DNA from: Wallemia ichthyophaga EXF-994
Lineage: Eukaryota > Fungi > Basidiomycota
Assembly (NCBI RefSeq): GCF_000400465.1
Contig: NW_008806295.1
Coordinates: forward strand, 90,001-122,000
DNA: 32,000 bases
Direction: 5' to 3'
In this document: piece by piece, positions 1-9,860 of the stretch
Numbering within the stretch: the stretch's first letter is position 1
How the letters are laid out: each line of letters begins with the position of its first letter
Notes under the pieces: model-generated
Seen by the model: only the letters and a program-made list of their open reading frames with translations
Databases searched by the model: none
Told to the model about the DNA's origin: nothing
Program-made: the position numbers and the translations under genes

Positions 1-143
1 CCCTTTTGTGCAAAATTTCACCAATTAGACACGTCACAGCCATCACAGCAAATCATCAAGTTCAATTCGATAACGTGGGTTATTCATATAAATCATATTT
101 CAAGATAATTGTTTCTTCGCATCACCCTCCGCAAGTTTTCAAG

Positions 144-1739
144 CTAAGCTGCCTCGACTAAGACACCGCCGTTTTGAGCGACTTGTGCCTGCTTCTTAAT
201 CATCTCAGCCTGCTTAGCGTTACCGTCGACCTTTTCCTCATCGTCGAGCTCCCAAGACAAATACTCGTTCGTGTAGTTAGGTTGGAGTTCCTCGGGGAAG
301 ATACCGAGACGTTGAGAGTATCCAGTAACCTTTCTCCAGTCACGGTCGACGTTAGCCAGGTCCGAGCGCATATAATTGAATGATCTGGCGAATTGGAGAG
401 ATGCAAGGGTACTTCTCATAGCGGGCTGGGGTGGGTGTGAGGAATAGCCTTGCAATATACCTTTAATAAAAACCCACCTTCAACTCTTGGAAGAGTTCCC
501 AAGTGCCCTTTGGATCGCGAATGAGATCGTCGGCAGCTCTCTTGACAGCTTTCATAAAGCCACGAGCTTCGTTGGGGTGTGCTTCAAGCCATGCTGGTGG
601 GTGGGGTGAGCATCGCGCAAGCAGAACCCGCGCTCAATCAACTAACCTTCATTACCAATGTAGAGGATTGAACAGAAGCAGCAGCATCCCAGTTCGGCAA
701 GTTGGTCAATACTGTTTGTCATCGTGTTATCAACTTGGTCAGCCCGAACAAGTGTACCACGCATACCGCAGCATCTGCACATCCGTCGCAGGACGATTGA
801 CAGATTTACACCACTCCTCGAGCTACAAAGCGTTTCTGTTAGTATATGAAAAAAAGCAGTTAGTATAACGTTATCGATGGAATATAACGGGGTTATAAGG
901 ACTTGTTGCCATGAAGGCATCCCTTCGCATGCATGACCATGGACAGGTTCGGACCGTATTATCTCAGCAGCTGGCTGACGGATGGGTGTGCAAGTTACAC
1001 TCAGCCATCTATCTCCAGCTGCACCGGCAGCTCCATTGCAACAAGCTCCCGTTAGGAGATGTGCGTACCTTTTTGTGTACCGTGTACTGTGTACCGTGTA
1101 CCATCGATATCAAGACACCATTACAGAGCCCCAGTCATATTCCAGTCGATGTTCGCAGATAAAAAGACAATAAAGAGTGGAACCCTTATCTCACCTCTAC
1201 TTGTTGCATGTTCTCGAGACCGATACCAGCATGAATCTTGCCATCGATGAGTGCCTGGAGTTGCTTAAGTGGAAATGTCTCACTGCGGATACTCTACCCA
1301 CCTTGGAGATATTCATTCCACATCTAACAGCCTCGTACTCATCATCGCGCATGCCATGTGCTTGGGCAAGCTCAGCTACTTGAACCTTACCAAATTCGCC
1401 GACGTAGCCAATCTTCTTGCCCTTAAGCGAGGTAAAGTCATTTGTGACGCCATTGCCTTTGAGGTAGAGCAGACCTGTGAAGGGCTCGTCCATGAGTGTA
1501 CCAATGGATTTGATCGGGTAGCCGCGGGCTTTACCAGCAAGCGTGTGGATCATAGCCTTCAATCCGAGGTCTGCCTTGCCCGAGCCAACTATCTCGGTGA
1601 CGTCGGAAACATCCTCGGGGTGGATCGTCGCCACGCGAAGGTTTTCGTCTTTGAAGTAGCCCTTGTACTTTGCCACGATTAGCGGGACGTGGTACGCGGT
1701 GAGCTCCCAGTTTGTGCAGCAAACGATATCAATTGACAT
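144..1739 (-). CDS. NMT1: 4-amino-5-hydroxymethyl-2-methylpyrimidine phosphate (HMP-P) synthase, NMT1/THI5 family; 6 exons (1739-1302, 1254-1195, 822-767, 711-647, 593-478, 425-144), about 338 aa
   Basis: Hand-spliced product carries THI5 hallmarks: [15 protein letters not shown] (PLP Lys and substrate His), [44 protein letters not shown] and NYTNEYLSW. All five introns are GT-AG, and the exon lengths sum to 1017 nt with the frame preserved. Confidence 0.97.
899..1049 (-). ncRNA. TPP (THI-box) riboswitch aptamer inside NMT1 intron 2 (intron 1194-823)
   Basis: Minus strand reads cttgttgcaatggagct-GCCGGTGC-agctgg...ccagct-GCTGAGA-taata-CGGT-ccgAACCTG-tc-CATG-gtcatg-CATG-CGAAGGGAtgccttcatggcaacaag. 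It contains the UGAGA pyrimidine-sensing motif and all expected helices: P1 (atggag/cttcat plus cttgttgc/gcaacaag), P2 (gccg/cggt), P3 (cagctgg/ccagctg), P4 and P5. The host is a thiamine-biosynthesis gene. Confidence 0.93.
1075..1101. repeat. 7-nt tandem repeat, 4 x GTGTAC(C/T) (GTACAC on the NMT1 sense strand)
   Basis: GTGTAC units at 1075, 1082, 1089 and 1096. Confidence 0.9.
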
Positions 1740-2020
1740 TCTTGTGAGTTGTATGAATGATAGTGTTAGACAAGCTGTTGGCCGATTTCTTAAATTTAAT
1801 TCAATGACTCAATGACTCGATCACTCTACGTCATATCTGGCATGACGTGATGCTAGGGCGACACCAGGGTAGCGTGGATATTCCGGAATCTATCCATTTA
1901 CAGTCTAGCCTTATTACCCCATCCACAGCCCAATTCTTCTTACAGCTGCAACAGGATGAAAAATCATAATCAATGTTTTAATAGTACAAGAGATCCGTAA
2001 GAGGGAATAATACATATCGT

Positions 2021-3669
2021 TCACTTCTTTATGTGTTCCTGAGAAGCTCCATGATCGAGCTCACCGAGTTCATGCGGCCGTGCGTGCTCGTCGACGTCCT
2101 CGACGTCCCTCACCATAGTTTCATCTGCGAGAGTAGTGTGGTTTTTGATACGCCACCAGACCATTGGGAGGGCGAGGAGGAGACCACCTGCCATGAGTGC
2201 CCACGATGAGGCGAGAGCGCCTAGCGATCCCATTTGGCTATCGCAAGCCCAGATGATAGCTGCACCAGCCGACTGCAAGCCCTTATAGAAACCAGCGTAA
2301 AATGCCAGTTTAGATGGATCATTGCTCATTGATCCCATCATCCAATATGCGTATGTCTGCCACGCAGCGTCGAGTGCGCCTGCGAATATGTAGAGAACGA
2401 TGCGGTGCGGGTAGCGCGATGACGTCAGATCAATAGTATCGATCTGGTCAGTGGGCGTATCGAAGAACTGACGTTGTATTGTGTAGAAACCTGCATTCGT
2501 CGCCCAGACCATGGCGAAAAGGACACACCATCCAATTGTAGCCCTCCACTTGCGGTTCACCCTGCTGATGTCGAGCAGCTGGCCGAAGATAACCGCGCCG
2601 ACTATCTGCGCCAGCCAGTAGCAGAGGCCGTTGAGGGATCGCGTACGAACGTTGTGCAGCGCTGCGTTGAAGTCGTTGAACTGGTACGTGTAGAACCAGT
2701 TAGAGGCGAAGAAGAAGGGGAAGAGGAGCGTGATCCAAGGGTCGTCGACTAGCGCTCTGTAAAGGTTGATGAGTTCTGTCTTCCATGTTGTCGCTCTCTC
2801 GATGACAACTGCTGAGCCATCCTCTCTGATCATCTTGGAGGGTGCACGCAATGTTAATGGTAGTAGCACGCCCAGGGCCGTTACCGCGACAAAGGCAATA
2901 TACGTCGAGTTGGTCACTCCCCCTTGTTCAGAGTCCCAATTCGTACCGACAGACACAGCCGACCCGATAACACCACCGAAATTGAATATTACCCAGAAAA
3001 TAGAGGTGTATAGACCTTTCTTGTCCTCAGTTGGGTACGAGAGCATCAGCGATCCCTGTTTATGCGTTTGTTAGTCGAGGTGCTGCCTGAGACATGCAAC
3101 AAGAAAAACCCAACTCACCTGAGCAGTCCATAGAAGACCAGCGCAGCAACCGAGTATAGCTCCTGCTGCAATGTTGAAGCCGCCCGCATCTGGGTGGTAG
3201 TTGAGTGCGAGGAATGAGCCAATGTAGAGACAATAACCAGCGCTACCAATCATCATGGCAAGGATAGGGCCAATAAGGTTAACGACACTACCGCCAAACC
3301 AAGCGACAGTTGCGAATGTCGCGTAGAGTGCAGCGTTTGCCTTGTTGGCCACTTCCGGAGAAGCCTGTCCACCTCCACCCAAACCTGGAGAAGGTGTGAG
3401 TAAAGTGTGGGGATGTTGTGCTCGTGTGCCTCACCAGTCAAAGCGTTGAACAGTCCCGGACCACAGAAGCAGATCAAACCGACGATTGAAACCTGCGGGT
3501 GGACAGTGAGTCAGACTGAAGCAACTGCCCGTGTGCATCCTCAACCCACTTGCAGCAGTGGATGGCAGTATAACGCCTTAAGGCCACTAGGTTTGCTGCT
3601 GTCCTTGTTAAGTATGTTTATAACTGGCGGGAGAGACGACTGCCTCTTCTCTAGCGTGTTGGAAGACAT
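2021..3669 (-). CDS. UNC-93-like (DUF895) MFS membrane transporter, about 4 exons
   Basis: Spliced motifs VSIVGLICFCGPGLFNAL-GGGG, ANAALYATFA, GAILGCCAGLLWTAQ, MLSYPTEDKKGLY, PFFFASNWFYTYQFN and AGFYKGLQSAGAA are typical of fungal UNC-93-like proteins. ATG at 3669 (MSSNTLEKR). Confidence 0.88.
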
Positions 3670-3836
3670 CGGACAGTTGAAGCAAAAGCGTTTGGAACCA
3701 AAATAGCCCAGTTGACGTTTTAGGTAGTATAAATTAAGCGTGGCCTAAAAAGGAAGTCAAGTCATCTTATACAGCAGGTGATAAGCAGAGCGGCGAAAAG
3801 GGCGAAGAATAGATTAGATTGGTACAAATGGGTGTT

Positions 3837-5053
3837 TTAATTTGCGTGAGACTGTAATAAGCGCGATATGTTCTCATAACTTCACATTCCAGGTTAGTAA
3901 GGCCAATTTTCACCCCCAACTTAACTCACACAACGAACGTAACGCATGTTCCTGGCAGAATCCTTATCGCGTTAACCCCGGCGCCTTGATAAAAAGCACG
4001 TAAGCCTTCATTCCTGTAGGTCGAAGCGACGCAATGGGCTATTGAGCTGTAATGATTTTGGTTCTGCGGCAATTTCGGGGTTAGTAGGCGAGGTCAGCAG
4101 GTGAAAGCGTAACTGACCTGAATTCGAGTGCGAACCACTTGATAAGGGTAGGTAGTTCCCAGGGCAAATAATTTCGATGCTCCTGACATGAGCGTGTATT
4201 CCCAGTTGGACTGGGTTGTTAGACAGAGTGAGCGCACCAACACAAATCACTCACCAGCCAAGTTGGAGTGTTCGATAGGTTCCCAGAAGATTTCGAACGC
4301 CAAATCTTTAGCTCCTCATAAACTGCGAACTGTATTGCGCCCTGTAGCACACCGAATAAAGCGAGTAGAGTGCCTTTCCAGTACCCGCGCATTCCTTCTT
4401 TTCTGCCAATTTCAATTAGACCGTCTGGTAGTTTGTTTATTAGTGTATCTTTCTGCTTGCACTACATCCACCCACGCGCTAGCCCGCGATAAGCACCTTT
4501 ATCATGTTGTTTGGTTGAGAAAATTCTCGTTTTGATGAGCCAAAGGGGATTTGTAGTGATAGCAATGATGGAACCTGCCTTTAAGTTATTTTGGATGTAT
4601 ATAGGTGTAATTAAGAACCAACCTGCTTCAGATGCCGCGTAGAGATGTTCCAATGGACCCAAATTTCGCGCAGGATGGCTAGAATGAAGGCGATTTTTAA
4701 CGCCTGTGTAGCTGTATCGAGGTTATAGCGTAAATTAATAGCTAAATTCCCCTCTTACAGCCAGAAATATCCGCCCCAGCTCACGGAATTACCGATAATA
4801 TTGGTAGTAACGCCTCGCCACATGCCCTTCCAGCCATTGCTTCGTATGAATGTACTTAATAAGTCTTTGTGTGTAGATTTATCCGTAACTTGCAAGCGCA
4901 CCTTGATTAGATCTAGTGGCTGCATTGCGATTGTGGAAGCGATTCCAGCGCCCATTCCAGCGACACCGTGGTCCTGAATAGCATAAGATACTGGATGTAG
5001 AATATCATTCAACTCACCAAACTGGGATTGCTAAAATAGCTCGATTGTGTCAT
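3837..5053 (-). CDS. FLX1: Mitochondrial carrier family (SLC25) protein, FAD/folate carrier FLX1/SLC25A32-like, multi-exon
   Basis: Three carrier-signature repeats: QPLDLIKVRLQ, NPLWLIKTRIF and YPYQVVRTRIQ. Also WKGMWRGVTTNIIGNSVSWGGYF and EGLRAFYQG...PGTCVTFVV|YENI. The subfamily was assigned from remembered similarity. Confidence 0.8.
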
Positions 5054-5099
5054 GGAAGGTGGCTTCTTAGTACACAACTACGACTACGAACAAAGGTAG

Positions 5100-7178
5100 T
5101 TGAATAATCCGAGTAAGATAGTATTTGATGTGTATTCATCGATAATAACATCATTTACAGTGAATCCACCTTCAAATCCTGCAAAATACTCGCGTCAAGC
5201 ATCTTCCACTATACGCCAATTACTCAGGAATGGCAGTCCATCGAGCGATGCCTATTCTCAAATTAAAAATCTAGCAATGCAGCTTGGTCCACTCTGCCAA
5301 CCTCAGAAATCCTATTCTCTAGGGCTAGCACAGACAACCTACCTTCATGGTTTGATTAGGCGTGGCGATATCTATGAAGCACGTAAAATGTCTATAGCAT
5401 TTGCTAGAGCTGCTGCTCGTTCGCCTGATATCTACTTCCCTTTCTCCAGGCGACGGCTTCCAATGAAAACTATGTCTTCAATTTTACAAGCGCTTGTTGG
5501 TGATAATAGTAGTAGAAATAATGCTCTCGCCAACAAATCCCCCAACAGACCCTCCTATTCCTTCCTCTATCTCATTTCTCAATTCCCAACACCCGGTGCT
5601 AGAGCTGCTAGGATGTTCGTCTCTCACCACGCTAAGCTTGGCGATAGGAGGGCTCTGCGTGATTTTCTCATGCTTCTTATATTCGGCTTGCTCAGTGCGG
5701 AAATGATTGGTGGCGCTGTTGCTCTATACTCGCAGTGGTGCAGGAAATTCGCAATCTCTGAGGCACAAAAGTTACAGAAAAGCACATGTACTCAAACAGA
5801 ATCCACAACCACAACTACAACCACACCCAGCACACCAACTCACGTAACTTGGCAACCTTCGAAAACTCTCATTAAGATGCTCCTTGACAGGCTACACGCA
5901 TCTCAATCCGACCCCTACAAGCAAATTAAAGGCGACGCTTTATTACACATTGCTCATCTCCTCGATGATCGTATACGCATGCCACACTACGCTTCTATGA
6001 TTAGCGCTTTATCTCAATACACACGCGCACATAAATCTTCTCAATATACCCTCCGCTTTGAGCACATCCTGCAGAACCTCTCAGATGATATAACTTCAGG
6101 TCACATTTTCACCAACACCAACCAATCAGATTATAAGAGAGTGAAAGGGGTTAACGCGTCCAGCTACAATGCTCTCATTCATCATTTCACTCATGCGCGG
6201 GATGTGCAGAGGGTGGAGTCACTACTGCAATCGTTCAACAGCCGTCATGGCACTGTACGCAGCGACACCCTCAACGCAATCCTCAGCGCTAGTGTAGATG
6301 TCGACGATTTACCTCTCTCCACGCGCCTCGTAGAATTTTTGCAGTGGAAAATCAACAACCAACCTAGCCACCTCTTTGAAACACATAGCGATGAGAGGGT
6401 GTTAGCGCAGCTGAAGAAAATGAAAAGCTACAAGGTAGATGACGAAACTATCTCGGCACTCCTCAAGTATTACGTTGCTGTAGGTGAATACAGCATGGTC
6501 GCTCCCCTCACATACCAGCATCTCCCCCACCTAAACCTTAACACACCTAAAGAAGAGCGCGGTAAGGTGCTCAAACAACTCGATGAACAGAGCTCCAGTG
6601 ATCTATTTGCGGCACTCCATCGCAATCTTAAAACAGGCCTGAGCTCCCGTCTCCTCAAAGACCGGCATCTTGAGAATATGGCGGTGGAATCACTCACCTC
6701 CCTAATGGCGATCATGGCTCAAGAGGCAAGTAAATATAGGAAGCACGAGATGAGCCTAGGGTGGGGTGGTAGGAGATGGATACGTACCAACTTCCATGCC
6801 AGATCGAGAGAGGAAATTGCTAATGAAAAGCAGTATAAGAAGATATACAAATTTCTCAAGCTAAGGTGTAATTCGGCTACCTATCTAGCTGCCAGTCTTT
6901 ATAAAAGTGTTAGACACAGACCATCTAAGCATCATGTGGGCAGGTGCGAGATGAGCATAGATGAGGGTTTCTTGAATATGTGTCTCAAGACATTCGCAAA
7001 GTCGCGGTATAATCTGGCTATAGATGATGTTTTACTGCAATATCATCAGCGAGGGTATACCCCTCCTACGCGATACAGCGATCGCTTCGACTGGATCAAA
7101 AGTCAAGACCCTCACCTCATCCAGTCAACTTTCAATAAATCTAGAGTCCCACTCATCTTCCCTCAGCATATGTTATAG
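5100..7178 (+). CDS. Pentatricopeptide-repeat (PPR)-like helical repeat protein, probably mitochondrial; single exon; first in-frame ATG at 5277
   Basis: 692-codon open frame with about 35-aa PPR-like units (SSYNALIHHFTHARDVQRVESLLQSF..., DTLNAILSASVDVDD..., TISALLKYYVAVGEY...). The start is uncertain because the ORF track begins at a TTG. Confidence 0.55.
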   Translation: MNNPSKIVFDVYSSIITSFTVNPPSNPAKYSRQASSTIRQLLRNGSPSSDAYSQIKNLAMQLGPLCQPQKSYSLGLAQTTYLHGLIRRGDIYEARKMSIAFARAAARSPDIYFPFSRRRLPMKTMSSILQALVGDNSSRNNALANKSPNRPSYSFLYLISQFPTPGARAARMFVSHHAKLGDRRALRDFLMLLIFGLLSAEMIGGAVALYSQWCRKFAISEAQKLQKSTCTQTESTTTTTTTPSTPTHVTWQPSKTLIKMLLDRLHASQSDPYKQIKGDALLHIAHLLDDRIRMPHYASMISALSQYTRAHKSSQYTLRFEHILQNLSDDITSGHIFTNTNQSDYKRVKGVNASSYNALIHHFTHARDVQRVESLLQSFNSRHGTVRSDTLNAILSASVDVDDLPLSTRLVEFLQWKINNQPSHLFETHSDERVLAQLKKMKSYKVDDETISALLKYYVAVGEYSMVAPLTYQHLPHLNLNTPKEERGKVLKQLDEQSSSDLFAALHRNLKTGLSSRLLKDRHLENMAVESLTSLMAIMAQEASKYRKHEMSLGWGGRRWIRTNFHARSREEIANEKQYKKIYKFLKLRCNSATYLAASLYKSVRHRPSKHHVGRCEMSIDEGFLNMCLKTFAKSRYNLAIDDVLLQYHQRGYTPPTRYSDRFDWIKSQDPHLIQSTFNKSRVPLIFPQHML

Positions 7179-7327
7179 ACTTTATTGTATTAATTATGTA
7201 TTTGTAGTTTACAAATAGTGATATGTGAAAATTGTGAAATGCAATAAGATCCTAGAAAGTGAAAAAGTTGAAATGAAATAATATGACTAAAATCCTGATC
7301 TGTAATGTGTGATTCGATGCTGAATGT

Positions 7328-8996
7328 CTATGCTGTTTCCTTGTTGACACTGTTCTTGCCATCCTTTGTATCATCCTTAACGTCCTCCTTAACACCATCC
7401 TTAACATCCTCCTCACTATCTCTTTTCTCAATATGGCTAGTTTTCTCTGCGACCTCCTCATCCGTTTCATTTTCAATAGCGCCGACTTTCCAAGGCAAGA
7501 GGAAGAGAATGAACAAAAGTCCGCAAAAGTGCAAACCAGCCAAGAACCTGTGAATTTAAATGAGCTTCAAATGTTTATAGAATCAGAACCACCCACCAAT
7601 CTCCAGCGGAAGTTCCAATAAATTGATTGTTAGAAGTGTCCCTCCTATCCACCTGCAACTGCACTACAGTGAACAAACTAATACCAATAGCTGAACCGAG
7701 TTGCTGAGCAGTGACGAAGACACCCCCAACCAAACCAGATTCTGAATCGGGTGCTGATTGTATCATAGCGACGTTAGATGCGCAGTAGAGGATAGCAGCT
7801 CCACCGCTACCGACTACCATACCAGGTACCTGCAATCTCCAAAATTTGCTGATATCATCACCAAAGCCCAAAACAATCGCACCAGTAGTGGAAGCAATGA
7901 AACCGAACAGAAGCGTAGCTTTTATGTTAATGTAGCGAAGCAGATAAGCCACCACTACTGAGCAAATGACAGAAGAGATGCCGAAAGGAATAAAATGTAC
8001 GACAGCGTCTAAAGGTTCAAAATCCCAAACATCGATGTAAATTCTAGTGAGAGATTCCAGTGTAGTAGTCCACCAAAGCGTGATGAGAAAACAAACACCA
8101 AACAAGACGGTGAAACCGGGATATTTCCAAAGGCGTTTAGGGAGAAGAGCTGAACTCTGATCTACGCGGGTTTGCCACCAACCAAAAACAACGAAAGAGA
8201 TGATCGAGATAATGAGTGGTGCTATGACTTGCGCAGTGCCCCAACCAACGTTATTTCCACTGGTCAATGCAAATATGAGTAATACTACGCCTACTATAAG
8301 TTGCAGTACTGAGAGTACATCTATACGACCACCTGGATGGTATAGTACTTTTTCGCGCGGTGTTAGAAAGAATGAAATGGGAGATAAGGGTAGAGCTATA
8401 ATAGCGAGTATCCAGAAACACCACCTCCAGTCAGCTTGTGTGAGACAGCCACCGACAATTGTGCCGATAACATTCGCCAAGCCACCCGTTGCGCAGAAAA
8501 CACCGAGTGCTTTTGCTTGAGATTCGATATCCGTGTACATTTGAGTAATCAGTTTGATAGCAGAGGGAATTGTGACAGATGCACCGACTCCCGAGACTGA
8601 TTTAAGTACAATCAAACCAATCGCATTGTCGCAAAAAGGGGCGACTAGTGATAGGATACCGAGGACGGCGAGACCTACAGTGAATATGATTCTCGGAGAG
8701 AATCGATCACTAAGTAATCCAGCAAAGAGAAGGAAAGAGGCGAATGCGACAAGATAGCCGTTCACGATCCAATTTTGCGTCGCACTGTTGATATCCAAGT
8801 CACGACCGATTGAGGGGAGTGAGATGAGAGTGACATAGACACCAAATACGTCTAAGAATCTGTGCAACTGGTTAGAGTGTAAAAGAAAGATTGAGATGGC
8901 TTACTGGACGGTGCTGAAAATCGCAAGGAGGAAGCCTCTCCGGAGGTTTCCTGGATGATTTAAGAAAGCTGAATCAGCTTTAATGGATTGGGACAT
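7328..8996 (-). CDS. MFS drug:H+ antiporter, DHA2 (14-TMS) type; 3 exons
   Basis: QNWIVNGYLVAFASFLLFAGLLSDRF, WRWCFWILA, GGRID and SGLVGG motifs with many TM segments. The N-terminal exon starts at ATG 8996 (MSQSIKADS) and the charged C-terminal tail is in ORF 7328-7543. Confidence 0.88.
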
Positions 8997-9240
8997 ATAA
9001 TAAAGTAAATTTAATTATTCAAGGAGTATTTTAACCGATTCGCAGGAGTTGAAAGCTTAAGCCCGAGTGAGGTACGCGAAGCTAGTAATTTAAAGTGTAG
9101 GGTATTGAATTTGTAGCGTTTCCCCAAGTCAACAGCTATAGCTATTTAGTAAGACCAACTCTATTAAATTTCTAGCAATTTGAAAGATACATTAGGTAAG
9201 AGGATATGGAAGATATGAATTACATTGGTTGATTGTATAA

Positions 9241-9575
9241 TTAATCCCACTTAAATTTAAAATCAGATTATATACATCAAAGTACCTCATACTCACAACT
9301 AGCGGTTCAGATTTTGAAATTGGTGGTATTGTTGGCTTTGAATTGCGTCTTGATTGTTGAAGCTTCATTGACATTGATCCACTTCCACCCCTAGACTCAC
9401 TCGCTTTGATCCTCTCTTCTGCTGCGTTGGCTGCAAGCTCCCTATTTGGGCTTTTTGACGCGTTGTTTGATAAGTTATTTGAGTCATTTACTTTCTTATT
9501 ATCATCGCCCTTAGCATCCGTTGTTGAATCACCAAGCTGCCTTCCTTGCGCCTTCTTTGACACGCAATTCCCCAT
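9241..9575 (-). CDS. Small N-myristoylated/palmitoylated protein (SVIP-like), about 95 aa, 2 exons
   Basis: MGNCVSKK acylation signal and RELAANAAEERIK core. Intron GTGAGT...TTTAAG gives the terminal EPLV|WD*. The family call is from memory. Confidence 0.6.
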
Positions 9576-9860
9576 AAATGAATGATTTTTGTGATGATAT
9601 TGTTTATGAGAGGACGTGTAGGCTGTGATGAGTGACCAAACGTGATGAGACTCTTATAATTCTTCAAGAGAAACATTTTCATTGAAACGAAAAAGATGTA
9701 AAGTTGTCTCATCGATTCTACAGCACCTCCTGCGTTTGCTTACTTATAGTTGTGAAAATCTCAAGACAAATCGGTACGATATACAATAACGTCTATTACT
9801 ACAATTTATACAAAAATCATCTTATAAGTCATTAAATACACCACCTATAAATGGCAACCA

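Noticed and set aside
642-920. ORF suggesting a continuous coding exon through the NMT1 long intron
   Set aside because: Only its last about 22 codons ([13 protein letters not shown]...) are THI5-like. The rest crosses intron 3, exon 3 in another frame, and the riboswitch intron.
9592-9650. Three GTGATGA (C-box-like) motifs suggesting a box C/D snoRNA
   Set aside because: No downstream CTGA D-box or terminal stem was found. More likely promoter sequence of the small acylated-protein gene.
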